A stretch of DNA of 64,000 nt from the human T2T-CHM13v2.0 reference genome, Homo sapiens: NCBI RefSeq assembly GCF_009914755.1, contig NC_060934.1, one strand, 5' to 3'. A program made the translations under genes and the position numbers. The notes beneath the pieces are model-generated. The model was not told the origin of the DNA and did no database searches. It was given only the letters and a program-made list of their open reading frames with translations. The number at the start of each line of letters is the position of its first letter. Within the stretch, counting starts at the first letter, position 1. Below are positions 13,550 to 24,665 of this stretch, piece after piece.

Positions 13550-14110
13550 GTACCACGTGACTGTCCGCGGCGCTCCGGGCAGCCATCTTCCGCCCGGCCA
13601 TCGGGCCGCGGGCGCTCGGAACCGACCTGGGAGCTGGCGGGACCGTCCTCCCCCGCCACGCCCTCCCATCGGGCTTTGGGCGCCGGACTCTGGCCACCGC
13701 TCGGCACCTGCCTCCGCCTCGCCTTGGGGTATAGGAGTCCTGTACCGACCCCTGGCTTGCCCAGAGGACAGGTTCTCGCCCGGGCCAGAAGCAAACTGCG
13801 GCGAAATCGAGACAACAGAACTCAGGTGGCGGAGGGTCCCCGCTTTTCCCCAGAGGCGGAAGTTGGCGAGGGAGTCCTCTTCCGTTATCCAGCGAGAGCG
13901 CTGCTCTGGCTGCCTCCCGGTTCTAACCTAGTCCCTGCAGAGGAGTGATGTACCGGCAGGGACATTGGACAGAGGCCGTGCTCTTCCCTGCAGCGCATAC
14001 CCCGCGGCCCCTGCTGGTGGGCCGCTTCGATGGTGCTGAGGTTCATAGTGAATATTTATTGAGCGCCTGCCTCGAGTCCCTTGGGTTTCCTGTTGTCTCG
14101 GGACCTGCCG
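13550..14110 (+). ncRNA. SGMS1-AS1: Probable 5' region of the divergent lncRNA SGMS1-AS1; exon structure not determinable from sequence
   Basis: Distal half of the CpG island with YY1/E-box motifs; the transcript itself is recalled, not visible in sequence. Confidence 0.35.
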
Positions 14111-14125
14111 CGTCACTATCACCCT

Positions 14126-14240
14126 AGAATTTGTTAGAAATGCACGTTTTCGGCCCCACCTAGACCTACAGAACCAGAAACTGCGGGTGGAGTCCTGCAA
14201 TATGATTAACAAAGCCCTCCGGGTAGTTGTCATGGACGCC
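14126..14240. mobile_element. MER5A-like fragment
   Basis: TTGTTAGAAATGCAC...GGCCCCACCTAGACCTAC...CAGAAACTG...TTAACAAAGCCCTCC. Confidence 0.6.
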
Positions 14241-15290
14241 TCTATATTTCAGCTAAGCAGTCCATTTTAATAAGCTAGGCAGTGAAAATTTCCATAGTTT
14301 TCCCCAAAGCACAGTGAGGAGTCAGGGATTCAAAATGAGGCAATCTGCCCCAATGCAGGCGTTTTATTGCACCCTCCACTCCTGGCTCCTCTGGTTTTTT
14401 CGCCCGTAAGACACAGTACTACTCTTCTCAGGAAGATTAGGAAAGTACATTTGTCACATACGCTTTTCAAGCACGGCTTTAAAATAACAACTGAAATTCA
14501 GTTCAACTGCATGTTTTGAGTATCTACTGGGAGCAAGGCTCTGTGAAGTATAGTAGCCCTACTGGTTATGTTTATCAGTTTGCACCTAAAAGGTGAAAGG
14601 AAGGCTTGCTTTCTTGTGATGTAAATTTTTTCAAACTAAGGGAGTGCCAGAAAACTGCTGGCTGCTTTCTCTCCCGTGTTGGTTTCTCTCCAGTGCTATC
14701 CAGAATATGCTGTAAGCTCTGGACTTCCTGAAACAAAGGTCCAAGTAAGCATCTGGTCTTTGATGTACTTTAAAATGCACCCCACCCCCACATGAAAGAT
14801 AACTAAATTTTTCAAAATATTAATACTTCTTGAATGTAAATCGTGTGTCTAAGGTACTGGCATAATTTTTTTTTTCAAATTTTCTATATGTTTGAAATGT
14901 TTCATAATAAAATCCTTTTAAATTTTTTTCCATGTGTAATTTTAGGATGATATATATATAGCACATGGAAAAAAGCAGGGCATAGAAGTATTTCCACTTT
15001 AATTTCAGTTTCATAAAATCAGAGAGAAAAAGTCATAGATATATACACCATACATAAAAAATAAAAGCGTAAATAAATACAGAAAGAAATCTAAAGAGAA
15101 ATCACCATAGCAGTAAAAGTAAATTCTGTGTGAAGTGGTTATAAGAGACACTAAGAGTTGCCCCTCCTTGAAATTATATTTAGTTATGGTCCTTAAGTCA
15201 CTATTATTTGTAACCAAAAAAAAAAATTGAATAAAAATAGTTCTCCCTCTTTAGTCCATCCAATCCTAAAGAATTTTTATCAGTGCCCTT

Positions 15291-15573
15291 TCTTTTTCTT
15301 CAGAGTCACTCTGTCACCCAGGCTGGAGTGCAGTGGCACCATCACAGCTCCCTGCAGCCTTGACTTACAGGGCTCCAGTGATCCTCCACCCTCAGCCTCC
15401 TGAGTATCTGAGACCACAGGTGCAAGCCACCATGCCCAGGTAATTTTTTATTTTTGGCCGAGGCTGTTTCATCATGTTGCCCAAACTGGCCTTGAACCCC
15501 TGAGCTCAAGTAATCCACAGGCCTCCGCTTCCCAAAGTGCTGAGATTACAAGCATGAGCCACTGTGCCTTGCT
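15291..15573 (-). mobile_element. Alu (AluJ-like)
   Basis: Diverged Alu dimer in reverse. Confidence 0.85.
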
Positions 15574-15899
15574 TACCAGTGTATTTCTTAGGAAAATTTT
15601 AATAAACATCATATTGTTGGATTGTAAAATTTTTGGATTCTCAAGTACTCAGAATATCATGAATTACGTTGCTGTCAAGACAACTAGGAAACAAAAGTGA
15701 ATCACCTCCAAGTCACAATCTGTCATTAGAAATCTTGTTAAAAATAATACTAAGAGCAAATACTGACCAAAACAGCTATTCTGAAGTAGGTGGTTTGGTT
15801 CCAAATGAATGACTTTTCTACCTTTAGAAGGTAAACTACCTGATTTAAAATGTGGTTTTATTCAGTGGACCTTTCAGCAGTAGCCATCACTCACCATTG

Positions 15900-16440
15900 A
15901 GAAGGTGGGCTTCTCTCACCACCTTAATCTCTGTAGGTCTCTTTCACCCTCTAGCATACATCTTACTAAGGCATCTAAAGTACTTACTACTTCGTACTCA
16001 TGGGATCCAATGATGCTCACATAATGTCATCAATAGAGTGGACCAGTGTGATGTTTTGTGGAATGTCAGAACAATCAAGATCACTTCAGACTATTATGGC
16101 AGTGAGCAAGAGAACTAATGGAGCCCGTGGCAACACTGGGAAGACATATTGTTGGCCCTGTTGGGTAACAGCAAATCACTTCTGATGGACCTTGCAAATT
16201 GGTATGGAGGAAAAGGCATTAGCCAGGTAAATAAGTGCATACCAAATGTCAGATCTGCCCCAGGTGCATACCAATGTGTTAATCTGCCCCAGTAAAGGTA
16301 CTACTTCTGGGAGAGCAGCTGAAATTGGAGTCCCCATCTGATTACATTTATGACATTCCACAGTCATTCTTCAAGATCCATTTGTCTTCTGCACAGTCTA
16401 AACTGGGGAATTAAATGGGAGATACTATAGGTATCACTAC
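15900..16440 (-). mobile_element. ERV-L internal pol (reverse transcriptase) fragment, decayed
   Basis: ORF 16176-16367 (MTVECHKCNQMGTPISAALPEVVPLLGQINT...WYALIYLANAFSSIP) resembles HERV-L RT; a later frame gives PQNITLVHSIDDIM, a degenerate YIDD motif near 16025-16045. Confidence 0.85.
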
Positions 16441-17123
16441 CAACCACCTGTAGTCAAAGTTCAAATAGTGCTCTGGAAGCAAGGAGACTTTTGTTTCTAT
16501 CCATGGAAATTTGTCTCAATGTGATCCAGAGCCACGTAGCCTGAATAACAGGAGCAAGACCTTAGGAGCCCCTGCTTAGCTCTTTAAACTCTTCTGGCCA
16601 ACCTGGGTTCCAAACCAAGGCTAACCAAAAAAGCTAGTCGAAGACAACAAAGGTCATTCCAAGTATTGGCCCCGAGGCTTAGATCTGATAATACTCAACA
16701 TTCTGTGCTCATTCCTGTGTACCTGGCTAGGATTCCTGGCTTCAATAACTGCTTGGCTTCTATTCATTGACAAAAAACTTGGAATTTATTTGAAGATACC
16801 AGGGTAGATCAGGGATGCAGCTGAGCCTCGGGATGAGATGGAAACCAGGAACTGGAGTATTGAAAGGAACCCAGAAAGTCTCCCTCTGTCTCCTCTGCAT
16901 TTCTATTTATTCTCTCCCTGTGGTTTCTGGCTTTTTTCCTTCAGTTCCATGAAATGACCACTTGAGAGCTCCCAAGTTTTTAATCTCTTCCAGAGAGTAA
17001 CAAGAACAACCCTACCTATATTCATTAACCCTCTTGTCTAGTTGAATCCTATTTCCCCAGATTCCCACTGGCCACTTAATCTTACTAATATTTCAAGGTC
17101 CATCTCCAATTTCACCTTTTTTT

Positions 17124-17540
17124 GTATACAAATGTTCATAACAGCTTTATTTATAACAGCCCCAAACTGGAAACAACCCAAGTGTTCATCGGTAGGTCAA
17201 TGGACAAATCTGTTCAATGAAGTGGTACTCAGCAATGAAAAACACAAAAACAAAAACTCTTGACAAATGCTACCACATGGATGGATCTCAAAATAATTAT
17301 ACTGAGTAAAATAAGGCTGACCAAAAAACGGATACATATTGTATGATTCAATTTACATAGAATTCTAGGACATGCAAACTAATAATGGGGCAAAAGGGCA
17401 CTTGGGGATGATGGGTCTGATTTTCACCTTGATCGCAGTGATAGTTTTACGCAGGGTATACATATGCCAACACACTGTACACTTTAGATATGTGCAGTTT
17501 ATCAGCGGTCAAGTATACCTCAGTAAAGCTAAAATAAAAA
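17124..17540 (+). mobile_element. Old L1M 3'-end fragment inside the SHQ1 retrocopy 3' UTR
   Basis: AAATGTTCATAACAGCTTTATTTATAACAGCCCCAAACTGGAAACAACCCAAGTG...ATGGATGGATCTCAAAA. Confidence 0.8.
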
Positions 17541-17704
17541 TATTAATGGGCTCCACATTCTGGAGACACTGGCAGTAGAACTATTATTTTCAGCTTGAAA
17601 TATTAGCTACACTTTGGTAAAAATACTTTTGAATTTTATCTTCACAGTTGTAGCAAGGAAACCAAAAGGTATAAACATTCACTGATTGAAAAACAATGTC
17701 ATAA

Positions 17705-18036
17705 AGTCATCCCAGTATCTGTGAGGAGTTGGTTCCAGGACCCCTGAGGACACCAAAATCCTCAGATGCTCAAGTCCCTGATAAAAAAATAAAAGGTACA
17801 GTATTTGCATATAACCTCCCCATATCCTCCTGTACACTTTAAATCATCACAAGATTACTTATATTACCCAATACAATGTAAATGCTGTGGGAATAGTTAC
17901 ACTGTATTATTTAGAGAATAATAAGAAAAAAAGTCTGTACATGTTTGGTACAGATGCAGTTTTTTCTTAAAAATTGTTGATCAGCAGTTGGTTGAATCCA
18001 CAGATGTGGAACCCACAAATACAGCAGGCTGACTGT
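17705..18036 (+). mobile_element. MER2 (TcMar-Tigger) non-autonomous DNA transposon
   Basis: GTTGGTTCCAGGACCCC...GATGCTCAAGTCCCT...CTTTAAATCATC...GTTGGTTGAATCCACAGATGTGGAACCC...GACTGTA. Confidence 0.85.
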
Positions 18037-19952
18037 ATATACTAAGAAAAATTACAAAGTGAAAATGAGGAATTCTCATTCTGTAAATGAAACCAAATCT
18101 AACACATTTCTCAACAATGAATAAAACCACTTAAGAGTCAAATATTTGGTGTCTGACAGCCATCTCTCTCCTGCATGTTGATGTGGTCTACAGCAGTGGT
18201 GCCCTCGGGTTCAAAAACCTGAACGGTGGTCTTCAGTTGTTCCCCCAAGCTCCTCTATCAGAGGCCCAGACACTCCAAGAGGCTGGGAAGAGGCAAGTGG
18301 CTTTCCCTGACTGGCATCAGACTCCTGGATGGCTGTGTTTCTGCATACTCCACCATCAACAATCAGAAGGGCACTGCTTTCTTCAAGAAGGGGACCTTGC
18401 AAAGAACTGTCTCAGATGGACTATCTTTGAGTTCATCTTGTTCTGAATGTGAGTCTGAGTCTTTGTTTCCAGATGACACAGTGCTGTCTGAGTCCTCTGA
18501 ATCACCTGCCTCAGAACTGCAGCAAAGTTTCTGCTGCCCAGAAACTGAATGGGCTGCTTGTAATGCAGATTCTTCCTCCTGGACAAGAAGTGCTGCTGCT
18601 TCTAGTTCTTCCAGTTCTAACCCCAACTGGGCCTTTGTAAGGGAGACTTCCTTTAAGGCTTCTGCAAGAGCTGCCAACGTTTTGGATTTGACTTTCTGAG
18701 TCCACACACAGTAGTATGAGATGTAGAGATCATTCAGTATGTATGCTGGGTCGTTTTCCTGAAAAATTTTGTGAATATCCAGGAGACACTTTAAAACTGC
18801 ACTTTTACTTAATTGCAGTATCTTTATAGTCTCCCCGTAGGCCTTCATCGCCAGTTTGAAATGGCGATAGAGCAGGTAACACAATACCCTTCTTCCAAAA
18901 GACACCATGATATCATGAACATTAGTCCAAGTCTCAAACCAGCATAGTATTGGACTCAAGTTTCGTGATATTCCATGCAGATTCAACGTTCTTGTCTCCT
19001 TCAGTGACACGGGTTTCTTAGCAATATGCCAGAAGGATATCAATCGAACTGTAGTACACTTGACGACAGGCTCTGTTGTCTAGCAGATAAGATTTATTGA
19101 CAAATTCTTGTAGCTGATATTTCTCTTCTTCAGAAAAAGACACTAATGCAGCATGATTTTCTTGCTTCTGACTCTTTTCCAAAAAGGCCGTCATTTTTTA
19201 ATATTTGTCAGTCCACCAAGGATTATACTTCAAAATCTGTTCAACTGCCTCATCTTCAAAAAAGTCAGCTAGATAATGATCAGGATCAAACTTGGCCAGC
19301 TCGGCGGCCAGGTGCTTTTGTTTTCGTTCTGCTGCAGGGATGAAATCTGGATCCTTAATAACTTCACTCAATTCATCCTGTAACTGCTGAAACACTCCTG
19401 ATCGTAAGTTTCCAAACCCATAGTGGCATGAGGATTCAAAGCACTTTCTGTTACCTCTTCATAGGGTGTCTGCTCAATTTCCCAATCAAACTCTTCATCG
19501 TCAACTACTTCCTCAGGAATTTCAGAATCACCTATTGCTTCCACAAGTGGTTTTGCTGTCCCGGATTTTCCTGGTGCCAGAAGAGCAACACATGTTCAGC
19601 CCCTCAAAATGCTGGCCAGGGGTTTCTCTGGGCAGGCGAGTGGTAAAAATTCCTTTATCTGCATCATAGGACCCTTGCTCGCTTCCGTATCCGTATTCTA
19701 CAATTCTTCCAGGAGGGGTTAATCTGAGAAAGTACGGCTTGGCATAGTAGTCTAGGCCGACCCCTCGAAGTAGACGTTGAACTCGGAGGCCGGGGCATAG
19801 GGCACGCGGATGGCGATGGTCAGGAAATCCGGCTCCTGGCTGAGGCTGAACGCCGGGGTCAGCATCGCGGCACCAGACGCAGGGGCCAGCGCGGCTCGCC
19901 CTCGCTGCCGCGGCGGTCCCACCAAGCAACTCTCTCCAATTTTACCTTTTTA

Positions 19953-20339
<387 letters not shown>

Positions 20340-21477
20340 TTATGTCTTTTACAGTTCTCTGCATGTTTCTTGCAGGTAAGTCTTGATTCTTCAATTACAT
20401 ATTAAATTTCTATTGAGGATATATATCTAGCTTTCATCTTTCAGAGTACCTAGCATAGGACTTGGCACCAAGTAGCCCATAGTAAACAGTTATTCAACCA
20501 TAATGTATGATTTTCTTTTCTACTTTTCACTGGTATGTTTTTGTTTAAAAAGGGTAAACCACCAGGGATGGAAATGTCCTTGCTATGTTATCCTTCTTCT
20601 CTAATTAGCAACCACCCTTCACAATCTGCCACATTACATTTAAAAAGGATTTTCAAATTAGACATTTATGCCTGGGCATTAACCAGGGACTGATGAATCA
20701 GTGCCATCAGCAGAACACTGCCCTGACTGGCAGACATGGCACCATTGTCAAGACTTGTAATTTACTCCTGGCTTTTCAAATAGTCAGTGTGTAACTCCAG
20801 GCAAGGTTTAATTATCTCCTGTTAAAATGGGAATAATATGACCCACCCCCACTTTGCTTCCCATGGGTATCATGAGAATTAATTAATTATTGAATAAGAA
20901 TATATGTCTATAAAATATTTTATAGTTCATTAGAGGTAAACAAATGCAAACGTAAGATATTGTTCAATGTATTATGAATGTTCATTGTTGCTGTATTTAG
21001 TACAAAGTACCTGTATTATATCAACAGTGGTAGTACACAAAATAATGAATACATGTTGGGTCAGCACCTCCTCCAATTACCACTTGCAAACAAGTCCTGG
21101 ATGGCCAGAACTAATTGGAAGGTTGAGACAAAAATTATATCTCGCACACTAAAGAAGGGGAGATTGATACAGCGCGCTCACCTAAATTTCGTAGTGCCTT
21201 CATGAACTCTTCAAAAGCTTCAAATCTAGGCTAGGCTACAGGAAGAACAGCAGCAACTGAAGACTGGCACCTTTTCTGGAACCTCAGCAGCACCTTCCTT
21301 GTTTCGTAAGATTTCGAAGAAGCATATCAAAATTCTTCCACCCATTCCTTCACAGTATAATAGGAGAAAACATCTATCCTCCGTTGACACCTGGAAGAAT
21401 GAGATTCCAACTCACTCCAGGACATGGCCAGAAAAATTCAACAAAAGATTTGCTAAATCCTCTGCACTATTATCTAG

Positions 21478-21700
21478 ACCAGGATTTCTCAACCTCAGCT
21501 CTGTGGACATTTGGGCCAGATAATTCTTTGTTACCAGAGGCTGTCCTGTACATCATCAGGTGTTTAGCAGCATTCCTGGCCTCAACCAAATGGATGCCAG
21601 TAGCACCTCCCCCACCCACTTGTGACAGCCAAAGATATCTCCAGACATTGCCAAATGTCCCCTGTTATGGAGAATCATCCTCAGTTGAGAATCACTGGTT
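21478..21700 (+). mobile_element. MER20 (hAT-Charlie)
   Basis: TTTCTCAACCTCAGC...GACATTTGGGCCAGATAATTCTTTGT...CTCCAGACATTGCCAAATGTCCCCTG...GTTGAGAATCACTG. Confidence 0.85.
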
Positions 21701-21980
21701 TAGGCAATGATCAAAGTGGGGCAACTAAATCAAAAGGCACTGCAATCTTAAGTTGATCAAGCATCCTTCTTTGAAATCACTCAGCACTTTCATATATTGC
21801 ATTTATATCTTAGGTATTCATATTCTAACAATTCAGCCAATGTTTTTTGAGTTCGCAATGGACAAGGTACAAGATCAAGTAAGTAATTCTGTGTATCCAT
21901 AAAACAGAAATGGATATGGTATGTCCCAGTTCTCCACAGTAGGCATTTATGTTATTCCCATCCCAATATTTAGCCCTGAT

Positions 21981-22125
21981 CAGGGTTGTCAAACATTGCA
22001 TGGGACATACTTATCCTAAAAAATTATTCATTATTTATCTGAAATTGAAATTTAACTGGATGTCCTATGTGTGTGCATGTGTATGTTTGTTTGTTTGTTT
22101 CTTTTTCTAAATCTGATTACCCTAT
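21981..22125. mobile_element. MER53-like palindromic DNA element (partial)
   Basis: TTGCATGGGACATACTTAT...AAAAAATTATTCATTATTTATCTGAAATTGAAATTTAACTGGATGTCCT. Confidence 0.7.
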
Positions 22126-22547
22126 CCTGACAGACTCAAGGTTTTTTCCCTGTTCCACAAACTTTATGACTTGACTTCATTAAAAATAATAAAGAGGAAT
22201 AACTGCAAAGGCTTTAAAAATGCTGTTAGAATGAGTAGCACAACTGAATTTGAGGATTCATTTTCTTTGAAGGATGTCTATTTTCCTACTGAAAATAGTG
22301 GCAAACTCCTTAGAACTCATTCAAAGCCTGATGGGATTCATTGCCTGATTTATTTAAAAACACTTCTGATGCTCACAGACTATTTATCATTTACACAGCA
22401 AATGATGTTCTTCTAGTATTCTTGTTGGGTGAGTTAGCATTGTGGAAGGACATAGAGGAGAATCAGACACAAACTTCTTATAACCTCATAAACAGGAAGA
22501 AAGGGAGCAGAAGCATAGACTGACTTTACTTTCACTCAGCTTACCTT

Positions 22548-22880
22548 CCTAGTTCTCCAGGTGTGGTCCTCAGAAGAGGAATATCATGTGACCTGGGAAC
22601 TTGCTAGAAATGCACATCCTTGGGACCCACCCCGGACCTACTGAATCAGAAACTCTGAGAGTGGGTCCTAGCAACCAGTGTTTTCACAGGCCTTCCAGGT
22701 GATTCTTCCGCATGTTCGAGTTTGAGAACAACTGCTTTAGAGCCCTGGTTCTTGACCCTGGCTACAGGGTAAAACACCTGGGGAGTTTTTAAAATACTGA
22801 TGCATGGGGTCCATTCCAAGGGAGTCTGATATAATTACTATGGGGTGCAGCCCAGGCGTAAACATTTTTTAAAAACTCCT
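22548..22880. mobile_element. Adjacent MER5A and MER5B-like relics
   Basis: CCTGGGAACTTGCTAGAAATGCA...CCTACTGAATCAGAAACTCTG...GTTTGAGAACAACTG; then GGTTCTTGACCCTGGCT...CACCTGGGGAG. Confidence 0.7.
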
Positions 22881-24419
22881 CAACCAGAATAACGGCTCTA
22901 CAGAAATTTTATCAAATGCCAAAGAAAGAGTTCCTTATTTTGCAACTATAGTGCTTTCTACTCTGGCCCTAATCAACTTTCATAAAGGCAGAATGGACAG
23001 ACATTACGTGTTTTAATTTGAAGACTACCAAAAGGCCGGCCATTAAACTAGGTATATGGGCTCGTCCTCAAATCCCTAAATCTACTCCTTAGGACCTACT
23101 ATAGCCAGTGTCATATAATAGAAAAGTCACTTATTGTCCACCAGACCCTGCCCTAATATTTGATAACCTCTTGGGGCCTCATTTTCTTGTGTCTACACTG
23201 GGGATGATATTAACTCTTCACAGGATTTGGGGAATTATAAAGAAAGACCATGTAGTAAAGGCAGGAAGATCAATAATCAATAATCACATCAGAACCTGAA
23301 GGGACTTCGTACCATTGAAGTGAGGCAGAGGAGAGAGAAATTTAGAAGGACAAATTCACAAATTTCAATGTGTTTCTATAATAACTACTTAAATTATTTT
23401 CTCTTTGAATTGCCTCACTGTTGTGTGTGTATGTCCCCACTCCCACCTGTCCCATTATTTTCCTGTTTTCACTTGTACCTTGGCAACCCATCTGTGGTTT
23501 TGGCCAAGCTGTTTTAATGGCATTGAACCTGGTAGTTTTTTTAAAAGAGTGTGGTAGTAGTTATATATGGCTCGATAACTCCTGGGGCTACAACAAGGTT
23601 AATGCGACAGTTTTTGTTGTTTAAAAAACATGCTTGTCTGACAAGTCAATCATTTTAAGCCCCTTGTTCACTTCAGGATGGTTGCTAAAGGCTTCTCTGT
23701 GAGCTAAAAGCTCTCGCTGTTAAGGGGCTGCCTGCCCTGACTGTATGCATTAAATGGAACAGTTCTCTACATGGTTTCTTACTACAGATGCCTTGGGATA
23801 TATGGACACTGGCATTACCTGCTGCAACAGGTCCTCTCCCAGGGTACTGCTGAGACCTAAGGGCTTAAATGCTCACCAAACCAAGTGACCTTGGAGGGCT
23901 GGTCATGGTGGGCATCTGGGAGCTGGGAAAGAGCATTGGAGAACTTCATAGGGAAACCTAGTAGGCAAAAATGAAAGAACCCATAAGGGCCATTGGCATG
24001 AGCCATAGCTAAAGGCCACTGGGTTAGCTCTCAAAGAAAACTGCAAGATTGAAGCATAAATTCCTTCATCATGAACCAGAAGTCATGGAGTGGAGCCAGG
24101 GGCAAGAAAGAGAAAGATGAAGAGGTAGAACCACCAGGATAAAGGTGCCAAGAAAAACAGTGAGAGCAACACTCAGGGAACCAGAGACAGGAACACAGCT
24201 GGGAACTAGGAGGAGAAACCACCACAGCTGGAGCGCAAAGTGGCCAGGTCAGAAAAGCCTCATGGAATCCTGGTTAACTGAATGTTTCTATTGACTGAGG
24301 CCACTGCTTAAGCCCTGTATTCTTTTTTATTTCAATCCCCATGGTTAGAAAAATAGTCCTAAAATGGGTTCATACCCTTTCCTATCCTGCAAGATCTTAA
24401 ACATCACTATCTTTTCCTG

Positions 24420-24665
24420 CAGTAGTTAAAAGCATGGGCTTTGGAATCAGAAACTGGGCACAAATCTGAGCCCTGCTACTTATTAACTGTGTAACATTGG
24501 TCAAATGAATAAACTTCCTGGAGCCTCAGTTTCCTTGCCTGTAAAATGTGAGTAACAATACCAACTTATTTTCAGGTTGTGAGCATTTCTCCATAATAAT
24601 CCACATAAAACACTTACCAGAGCCCTTGGCATACTGTGTGAGCATGTAATAATGTTAGCTGTCAT
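24420..24665 (+). mobile_element. MIR SINE
   Basis: GCATGGGCTTTGGAATCAGA...GAGCCTCAGTTTCCTTGCCTGTAAAATG. Confidence 0.8.

Larger units (their letters stand above)
11500..14110. promoter_or_regulatory. Large CpG island, probably a bidirectional promoter (SGMS1 / SGMS1-AS1)
   Basis: Very high GC and CpG density; many GC boxes; CACGTG at 13323-13328 and 13554-13559; YY1-like CAGCCATCTT at 13580-13589; NRF1-like GCGCATGC near 13305. Confidence 0.9.
17122..19932 (-). pseudogene. SHQ1P1: Processed pseudogene of SHQ1 (H/ACA RNP assembly factor); former CDS 19865 to 18138, plus UTRs
   Basis: ATG at 19865 gives [22 protein letters not shown]; further frames give [48 protein letters not shown] and QERDGCQTPNI* (stop 18138-18140). 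Intronless, frameshifted, premature stop at 19198-19200. AATAAA at 17146-17151 (minus). TSD at 17103-17121 and 19933-19951. Confidence 0.96.

Noticed and set aside
11511-13948. Many 130-214 aa Pro/Arg/Gly/Ala-rich ORFs on both strands
   Set aside because: Expected from stop-codon scarcity in a CpG island; no homology recognised and many start at non-ATG codons.
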